The notes under the pieces are model-generated. The model ran no database searches, had not been told where the DNA came from, and was given only the letters and a program-made list of their open reading frames with translations. 64,000 nt of DNA from Octopus vulgaris (Eukaryota). This document shows, piece after piece, positions 54,770-64,000 of the stretch (the stretch's first letter is position 1; the number at the start of each line of letters is the position of its first letter). The translations under genes and the position numbers were made by a program. The stretch is from assembly GCA_951406725.2 (NCBI GenBank), contig OX597818.1, forward strand, positions 88,412,001-88,476,000. Direction: 5' to 3'.

Positions 54770-55640
54770 AGCCGTCAACACGATTTCGCCTCGTCTTCAA
54801 GCAATAAATGTACAGCGATGTGTGCTCGGTGGTTAGACTGAACGGTGACGTATCGGAACCACGTAGTGACATGCGCCCAGGCTTTCAGTATTGTCACCTT
54901 TCATCTCTTCTGTATACACTGGCTCTAGAACCACAATTGTGTAAACTAGTGACATTGAAGGACATCTTGTACGAAGTAGGCTACAGATCTGTCGGCACAC
55001 GGCACAGTTGTCCACGTATGGACAACTGTACGCAATAATATCGGACAGCAAGCCCGTTGAGGGGATCGACATCATTCTAAGGGTCTATAAGACAAAAATG
55101 CTGAGCACATTTTTTTTCTTGCTTTTTCAGTTCAAATTCTACAAAGGGAAACCTTGATTTTTATCCTTTAAGGGCCAAGAAGAAAGTAGCTATCCAGTAC
55201 CGGGGTCAAGTACATTAAGTAACCAACCCATAAAATTGTTCGCCTCGTGCCAAAATATGAAATAATAATCAAAACTCTACTGGCGTGGAAGTTGTGTTAG
55301 ACAGGACCAACCGTGATGCACACAGAGCAATGAAACCATAATGCATGCACTCATGCAGTGTACCAGAATTGCAGATTAGCGGAGTTATGTCGAAGAGCTG
55401 TCGTCGGGTGTAGGACTAATTCGTCTATCAGCTGAGTCTGTCGTGAGGCCCGACCCATCATCCACCTTTTGTAATATAGAGCAGGCGCTGTTCATCTGTC
55501 TAATGGTTATGAAGTGCTTAAGGGATTGGAGAAAGGCATCTTTCGCTTAGGTCAAGCCCTCAACGAAACCCTTAAGTTCTCCTTGGAAAGGAAACTGAGA
55601 GTAGAAAGTAGAGCGATGTGCTCTCTCCTAGAGAATTTGC
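54770..55640 (+). mobile_element. Old Tx1/L1-like LINE remnant (RT domain to C-terminus) with a SINE insertion
   Basis: MYSDVCSVVRLNG...CHLSSLLYTLALEP resembles the QGCPLSPLLY RT motif; downstream LKFSLERKLRVE resembles FKYHLKRKVRVE of the 7335-8547 copy. Confidence 0.65.
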
Positions 55641-56054
55641 AGGAAGGTAGCTGACTGTGGAAAAAAGGATTTGCTTAAACGTATCTACTCTAAACATGCA
55701 CTTGAAGACAGGAGAACAATAGTTGAGTGAGGGATCGTGCTTTTAGGGGTCAGAGTATTCCTGGATGTGTGAGGTCCCCTGATTGGCCCTAGATGAATGT
55801 TCTTCAGTATCAGAAGGACTGCGTCAATCATGTTATCACATACATTGTATACTGTGCATTCTTTTATCGCATTTCACAGTCTTTTCTCCTTCTTTCATAC
55901 AACTTTTATGTAGGCCCCAACGCGAATTGTAGACTGTCCGCGTGATGTCCCATACGTTTGTGATGTCCCATTTATTTGCCTCGAGGGCAAAGAAAAACAT
56001 CATCATCATCATCATTGCTATTGTTGCTGTCATTGTTGTTCTTGTTATGGTAAT

Positions 56055-56640
56055 GAGCTGGCGTAATTGTTAGCACGTCCGACAAAACGCCTTGGGGTAT
56101 TCCTTCCGGCTCCTTAAGTTCTGAGTTCCCTTCCTGATGCTTTTCATTCTTCTAGGTTCATAAAATATATTAGCAGTTAAGTACTGGAATTGAAGGAGCG
56201 ACTAACACCCTTCCCTCAAAATTGCTTGGTTTACCCCAAAATTAGAAAGAATGTTTAGCTCATTTCGTCCGTGTATACGCTCTGAGTTCAAATTTCGCCG
56301 AGGTCAGCTTCCCGGGGTCGATAAAATAAGTACCTAATGAATACTGAAGTCAACGTAATCGACTACTCCATTTCCCACAAGAGTTTCAAGCCTTGTGCCT
56401 ACAGTTAAAAAGATTGTGATTAAGATTATGAAGCAAGTAGGTAGCAGGACCATTAGCATAACGGAAAAAAAATGCTTAGCGGCATTTTTGGCCCATCTCT
56501 TTATATTCTGAGTTCAAATCCCGGAGAGGCCGATTGTGACTTTCATTCTTTCGAAATTGATAAAGTACCAGTTGTGCTAAGGGAGCAAGTTGATGTAATC
56601 GGCTTTCGCGCTCAAGATTGTCGTCCTTGTATTAAAATTA
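56055..56640 (+). mobile_element. Three diverged SINE family B copies
   Basis: Three ctgagttc B-box and core remnants. Confidence 0.7.
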
Positions 56641-56663
56641 GAATGAATTACTATTATTATTAC

Positions 56664-56702
<39 letters not shown>

Positions 56703-57373
56703 CATCATCATCATCATCATCACTGCTGCTGCTGCTGTTGTTGTTGTTGTTGTTGTTGATGTGATGCATTTTTAAAAATAAATTTATATTTCCTTCTACG
56801 CGATCAATTTTCTCGTGCCCTTGTCGGCGTGCCGACCCACGACTATGGGATTTCATTCTCAACAAAACAAACACACACACGCACACACACACAAAGAGAG
56901 TATTTAGATCAATCAATTCGAGTTGTGGACGGTAAGCTAAGAGAAGGGGGCGGGAGAGTATTATGCTGGTTATTAAACAACCCCGACCGCTAGAAATATA
57001 TTCTCGGGGTCAAAGTTAACTTCGGCCGCTGCTTAGCTGTATTATTAACCTTCTTATCTGTATGAAGACGTTTAATGCCATAATGCGTTACCTTGGTTAC
57101 AAATTTCCGGCAACGACATCACCACCAAGATACCACACTACAACCACCTCAACCGCAATTAAAGTTGGACTTCTACTGTTTACTGTCTCTACCCCCGCCC
57201 CGCAACCACCACCATTTTGATGTCCCCACCCCTGGCGTGGTTTATCTCGTCACTATTGCCCCCAGACGAACAAAGAAACCACACAAAAACTAATAATGTG
57301 TAAATAATAGCAAAACACTTAGCACCACTTCTTTATCTTCAGTTCAGAACAGTAAACAAACTCTCTCACTCAC

Positions 57374-57420
<47 letters not shown>

Positions 57421-57497
57421 ATCTCTCTCTCACTATCTCTTTGTCTCTCTGTGTCTCTGTGTCTGTCTGTCTGTCAGTCTCTGTTTCTGTATCTGTC

Positions 57498-57540
<43 letters not shown>

Positions 57541-57646
57541 GTCACTCACACTTCTTTCCTTCCCTAAGCGTCTGCTAATACTTTACATGTACCTCGTCCT
57601 AACGTTTTTGATGTTTTGTTTTGTGTTTGTTTTTTTTTTAATTTAC

Positions 57647-57680
<34 letters not shown>

Positions 57681-57972
57681 CAAATGTACATACATATATA
57701 TATATACATATATACATATCTATCTATATACATATATGCGTGTGTGTATGTATGTATATGCGTATGTGTACATATATGCATTTATATATGTGTGTATGTG
57801 TGTGTATATTTATATACATGTGTGGCGGGATGCGTGGTAACAAATTTGCTTCCCAACGATGTAGTTCCGTGTTCAGTCCCATTACTTAGGTAAGCGTCTT
57901 CTACTATATTTCCTGGCTGACCAAAGCCCTTTCGAATAAATTTGGCATACGGAAACTGAAAGAAGCATGTCG

Positions 57973-58072
<100 letters not shown>

Positions 58073-58344
58073 TGAACACACACACACAAGCTATGTGGGT
58101 TGAAATTGGGTCGGCTGCGGCCTTTAGGCGTAATATATATTCTCTATGTGCCTCGTGTAAAAATCGCCCAAAAGTAAGTCATAGCCAAGCGAGACCACAT
58201 ACGTAGATCCCTTCTTGGAGTTTCAATGTGTTCAAACCATTTTGTATATTCATAGTTGGCGATATGGTTTGCAGTGGGTCTTGTTCCATATGTGGCATTG
58301 ATAAGTCACAACAATAACGAAACATCGATGACTGTCATATATGT

Positions 58345-58680
58345 GTCATTGTTCAGTTTTATCTCAAGATTTCTTATCAATAGAGAAAGAGCCTAGATTC
58401 AAGGCTCCTGAATTGGAATTTCAACATCAACAACGAGGTATTTTTGTATATAGTTTTGTATATGTGCAGATTAGTATGTTTTGCTTTATGTATGTATTCT
58501 CATGCATATAGTTACATATCTAGACATGCTCATATATATATTTAAATGATAAACTTCTGGGAAGTTTTACAGATTTTTACAGTTGCAGTGATGGCTTAGA
58601 TCTGTAATCTTCGAATTAGCTTTCTCCTTTCTGGTTTTGAGAAACCCAATATCTCAAGATTGGTATTTAAGCAGTGTGTA
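58345..58680 (-). mobile_element. R4/Dong-like 3' end, second copy
   Basis: Aligns with 40821-41170 (tttaaatgataaacttctgg, ctggttttgagaa). Confidence 0.8.
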
Positions 58681-59199
58681 GTGAGAGGCTCCTCTGTTGT
58701 AGTCACAGCATCTCTCTAGGGGAAGGAAACTCTGAGAGAAAACCTGCAACACTGACAATATAAGATGGTGTCGACTAGTTCGTCTTTTCGAGTTTATGTT
58801 ATCCATTTTCAGAGGGTAGGATTGGTTTTGTGCAAATCCTTCCCAACTATAAAAAAAATCATCTTGTACAGGCATCGTTTGGTAAAAAAAAAGAAAAAGA
58901 AAAAGTAAGGCCTATCACAAAAATGGCTGTATGTATGTATGTATGTATGTATGTATGTATGTATGTTATGTATGCATGTATGTGCAGATTTGTATGTTTT
59001 ATGTATGTATTCTCATGCATATAGTTGCATGCCTAGACATGCATGTATGTATGTACATACACATACATATATATAAAGTTGATATGTATAAAGCTAGATA
59101 CCTTTATATATGTAAAGTTGATATGTATAAAGGTAGATACCTTTACACATATCTACCTTGGTTAGCGATCTATCATGCCACGCAATGGGACTGAACACG

Positions 59200-59420
59200 A
59201 AACTTCGTCATAATAGATCGCTAGCCACTACACATTCTTTATTTTCTCACCTTTATTTTCTCTCCTTGTTCCTTTCTATTTTCCTTTCTGTGAAAGAGCG
59301 TAGGCTCGAAACGTTAAAGACTTTTTCACTTCCCGAGCGTTATACTAATACATCGATTTGTTGTCTACATCACCTGTTTTTGTCTTTTGTTTTTTTTTCT
59401 TTTTTGAATTCTCTGTATAA
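59200..59420 (+). mobile_element. HHR family 1 element (motif 59283-59320)
   Basis: cctttctgtgaaagagcgtaggctcgaaacgttaaaga with homologous flanks. Confidence 0.6.
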
Positions 59421-59999
59421 AGGTATATGTATGTATACATATACCTAGCGAATCTTTTACTAATATAAGTAGAGAAGGTGGTATTTTAGGGCAATTTGGC
59501 TGCTGTTGTTAGCTCTTAAATGTAATCACATTTTAGACAATTTTTGTTATCTTTATGCACAATATATCTTATAAAATCTGTCGATCAGAAATCACCACCA
59601 TTTACCGACATTACATTTTTTGCATTGTGTAGTTCATAAAACTTCACTTATTGATTGAAGAATAAGTTAAAGTTATAAAATAATGTAACATGAAAGAAAA
59701 AGGAAAAAATCAATGAAATAATAATATGTTGAAATCTGGAAGTACTTTACTTTGCACTTTTTGTTATTCGTATACAATTATTTCCGTTATTTCATGAAAA
59801 TAATAATTACTATGAGAATATTGTTTATGGGAGAGAAAAAACAGCGCAAGTCAGATTGGTGGGCGGAAGCAACATGGAGCTGAATTAATGCTTGAAGATG
59901 GTGACTGGAAGCGAGTATGTATAAACGTACGTACATACGAGTATATGTTTGTAAGTACGTATGTATGTGTATGTATACACACACACACAAATACATATA

Positions 60000-60421
60000 T
60001 ACTCTTTTACTCTTTTACTTGTTTCAGTCATTTGACTGTGGCCATGCTTGAGCACCGCCTTTTAGTCGAACAAATTGACACCAGAGCTTATTCTTTGTAA
60101 GCTTAGTACTTGTTCTACTGGTTCGCTTTTGCTGAACCGCTAAGTTACGGGGACGTAGACACATCAGCATATATAATTTTCCTGCCCAACTACCTTTTCC
60201 CAACTCGTTGCCATGATTGATCGCTAAATCAACAAGTTTTTTTTAATTATTTCTCTGTTTATTTCCTTGTGTTCCTTTCCGTTGAAGAGCGTAGGCTCGA
60301 AACGTAAAATACATTCTCACTTTACCGAGCGTCAAATTGACACACCTGTTTGTTGTTTATATACCTGCCTTCATCTTTTGTTTTGCTATAAAATTCAACT
60401 TTATATATTATATGTATACAC

Positions 60422-60497
<76 letters not shown>

Positions 60498-60690
60498 GGT
60501 ATGTATATATATATGTATGTATGTGTGTATGTATATATGCATATATATAATATATAAAGTTGAATTTTATATATACGTAGGGCTACTTTCAGTTTCCTCT
60601 ACCAAATCCACTCACAAGGCTGTGGGACTGAACCCAGAACCATGTGGTTGGTTAAGCAAGCTATTTACCACACATCCAACCTGTCCTGCG

Positions 60691-60692
<2 letters not shown>
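60000..60692 (-). mobile_element. SINE family A split by an HHR family 1 insertion
   Basis: 3' half at 60000-60170 and 5' half at 60580-60692. Confidence 0.7.
60205..60400 (+). mobile_element. HHR family 1 element (motif 60274-60311)
   Basis: cctttccgttgaagagcgtaggctcgaaacgtaaaata with homologous flanks. Confidence 0.6.
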
Positions 60693-60747
<55 letters not shown>

Positions 60748-61438
60748 TTATATATATATATGTATATATATATGTATATATATATATGTATATATATATA
60801 TGTATATATATATGTATATATGTATATATATGTATATATATATATGTATATATATATATGTATATATATATATGTATATATATGTATGTATATATATGTA
60901 TATATATATATGTATATATATGTATATATATATGTGTGTATATATATGTATATATATATATGTATATATATATGTATATATATATGTATATATATATGTA
61001 TATATATATGTATATATATATATGTATATATATATGTATGTATATGTATGTATATATATATGTATGTATATGTATGTATATATATATATGTATGTATATG
61101 TATGTATATATATATGTATGTATATGTATATATATATGTATGTATATGTATGTGTATATATATGTATGTATATGTATGTATATATATATGTATATGTATG
61201 TATATGTATGTATATATGTATGTATATGTATGTATATATATATATGTATGTATATGTATGTATATATATATGTATGTATATGTATGTATATATATACGTA
61301 TGTATATGTATGTATATATATATATATGTATGTATATGTATGTATGTATATATATATATGTATGTATATATATGTATATATATGTATATATATATATATA
61401 TACATATATGTGTGTTTATTCATATATATATATATATG
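60693..61438. repeat. Long (TA)n/(TATG)n complex microsatellite
   Basis: Directly visible; source of the 227-320 aa Y/I/M/C ORFs. Confidence 0.97.
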
Positions 61439-63794
61439 AATTCCACTATGATAGCGCGAATAACTCGAACTCAGTATAGTTAAGCTCGTAATGTGTGTAT
61501 GGGGCGCAAGAGTGTTAAATGTATTTATGCCCTCGGGCATAACTGTTTACCGCGCCCCTTAGCATTGATATCAGTAGAGTTAACATGTAGAGTGCGGTCC
61601 CCTCAGAGCTCCGGGCCCTCACGCAGTGCCCGATTGACCGACGGCTCCGTCTGCTCCTAGATTAAGTAGACGAAAACTGAAAGAAAGTCACCGTATATAT
61701 GTGCGCGCACGCGTGTGCGTGTATTACCTACAACCACTTGATACCCAGTGTTGGTTTATTTACGTCCCGGTAATTTAGCGGTTCGGCCAAATACACGAAT
61801 ACAATAATCTCCAGGTTTAAATAATAAGAACTGGGGTCAATTTGTGCGACTAAACCATTCAAAGCAGTGTCCGAGCATGGCCGCAGTCCGGTGACGCAAA
61901 CAATTAAAATATGAACGATATGTGCAACTATGTTTTTCAATATTTTCCTTAAAGAAACACTTCATACAATGGCTCTGAAGAAGCTATACAATTTTTCACC
62001 GGCACTCAACTGCCGATGCTTAGTACTTTCTTATAGCTGAAACGGTTGTAAGCTAATGAAAGTGATTACGTAACTTTTATCATATATTTCACACACGTGC
62101 ACTCACACACAAACATATCGGTGTTGGGGTTCTACGTTGAGACCTAAGCAAATATTCATCATAGCGCCGCCAGTTCCTATGAAAGCGAAAGAAAACTCTT
62201 GGAAACGGTTCTCTGGAAACAGTTCAGTGGAAGCGAAACCCTACTTCTCTGAGTATAGACCAGCAAAGTAGGCCAAGCCAAATATTCTCAATCAGCATGG
62301 CGATCACTTTGACACCAGACGGATGGCAAACCGTCCGCCTGTACAGGCAATGGCAAATTAGATAGAAGGCGTTAGCTATTGTACGACACAAACATTTGAT
62401 CACTATCAACAAACTGTCTGTGCAGGTTGTCCAGAAAAAAAAAAAATGTTACGAAACCATCAATTATCGTTTATGACGAGAAAGTCCATCATATATATAT
62501 ATCGTGATCAATGGTGTTTAGTGTACAGAGAGTTGTGAGGCGAGTGCATCGGTCCAGCAGAAATATCTTCCTTGTTATATAATATAATGAGGGTAGAAGG
62601 AAAAGGAGGAGTTAGTGGAGGAGGCAATGAAGTAATGGAGAAGAGAGATGAGAGAAAGATGGTAAAGGAAAAAAAAAAGATAAAAATTTCGGTAAAGAAG
62701 AATAAGGAAAATTGAAATAACAATAAAAAAAAAACAGAAAAGGAGAAGGAGAAGGAGAAGGAGGAAGGTGAGAAAGAGGAAGAGAAGAAAGAGAAAAACC
62801 AAGCAGTTTCTATGAAATAAATATAGCTATGGGGATAAACATTATTACAGTTCTTATCTGGTGGAATGTTCGGTAGAATTTTGTTTCGCCTAATGTTTTC
62901 CTTTTGTCATTAGCTTAGAGAAACTATTAATACTGTGTATCTGTCAATTTATCAGTGTCTGTCTTAATGTGAGTATATATATATATATATTCACATACAT
63001 CTGTTATTACTTAAGTAGCGACGATTGAAATAAAGCCGGGTACTTTTATGTTTAACACGCTCCTGTACACTCAAACGTAGAAAGACGTTCGCTACAGTAA
63101 CTGTCTCGGAGGAATTATTCTTCTTACCAAAATTGGAACGATACAGAGAAATCTGTGTGAGTAAAAGCACACCGAACTGGACTCTGAATGACGGCGTTGG
63201 ACTGTAAGACATATTTTTCTAGGTAGTTACTGTAGCAGAAGCATGATCGCTTTTTACCTTTAGGTATCCGCATTTTGCCTTTTTACCTTTAGGTATCTAT
63301 TTTGGTCCCTCACGTGAAGGTCAAGTCCCTTTAGCTTTATGCAGACTGTCGAACCCTTAACGTGATAGATTAGCCAAGTGTCCGAACATCAGCTATTTAA
63401 GGGACTTTTTTTCACCTAATTCCTTAGGGAGGTGAGTTTGTTACGAGCGATTTTTGATCTTCGACATGAAAGCAGTTTATATAATTTTGCAGCTTCAAAA
63501 AGGAGAGATTTCTAACCAGAATGTTTGACGCTATGCTTTGCGTTTCTTCTAACATTTATTTTCAACTTCGAGAAATATTTTAAAACTATGCAATGATCTT
63601 AACAGAGTTCTTCAAGTTATACCAGTTGTTGCATTTAATCTTAGCGTTCAGAAAACAATGTTGCAAAACGGTTAACTTTAACGAGTCTTTATATTTTCTT
63701 AGTGATACTCATTCTGACTCATATTAACCAGAAGACATAATATTATCAAGGCTGAAACCACACTGCATTCATTCAACTACACTCGCTAAATTCT

Positions 63795-64000
63795 TTTCTG
63801 CTCTACGCACAAGGCCCGAAATTTTGTGGGAGGAGACCGGTCGATTAGATCGATCCCAGTACGCAACTGGTACTTAATTCATCAACCCCAAAAGTATGAA
63901 AGGCAAAGTTGACCTCAGCGGAATTTGAACTCAGAACGTCACGGTAGACGAAATACCTATTTCTTTACTACTCACAAGGGGCTAAACACAGACAGGACAA
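63795..64000 (-). mobile_element. SINE family B multimer, cut by the window end
   Basis: Alternative tail and core, then junction gaaatacctatttcttt and Tx1-like tail. Confidence 0.85.

Noticed and set aside
60517-61540. Longest ORFs in the track (227-320 aa, Y/I/M/C/V-rich)
   Set aside because: Translation of a (TA)n/(TATG)n microsatellite that lacks stop codons; open on both strands

Overview
AT-rich, repeat-dominated animal genomic DNA with no credible intact protein-coding gene. The tRNA-derived SINE families and the heavy (TA)n/(CA)n/(TATG)n microsatellite load suggest an intron or intergenic region of an octopus or other coleoid cephalopod; this is inferred from recalled repeat families, not from a database search. 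Nearly all ORFs in the track are microsatellite or SINE artefacts. Real content: dozens of copies of at least four tRNA-derived SINE families; decayed LINE fragments (Tx1/L1-like, RTE, RTE-BovB-like, R4/Dong-like); non-autonomous Helitrons; Tc2/pogo-, piggyBac-, mariner- and Kolobok-like MITEs; and a tRNA-like pseudogene. Most notable: (1) about ten hammerhead-ribozyme (HHR)-like motifs from several unrelated families, including two different minimal type I HHRs back-to-back on opposite strands (46333-46494), a four-copy family with a fixed A6U core change, and a degenerate tandem cluster (48850-49520); (2) a SINE that shares its 3' tail with the local Tx1-like LINE and forms multimers at the same junction seven times; (3) an inverted duplication of a compound microsatellite. 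All folds and alignments were done by eye, and boundaries of degenerate repeats are approximate.
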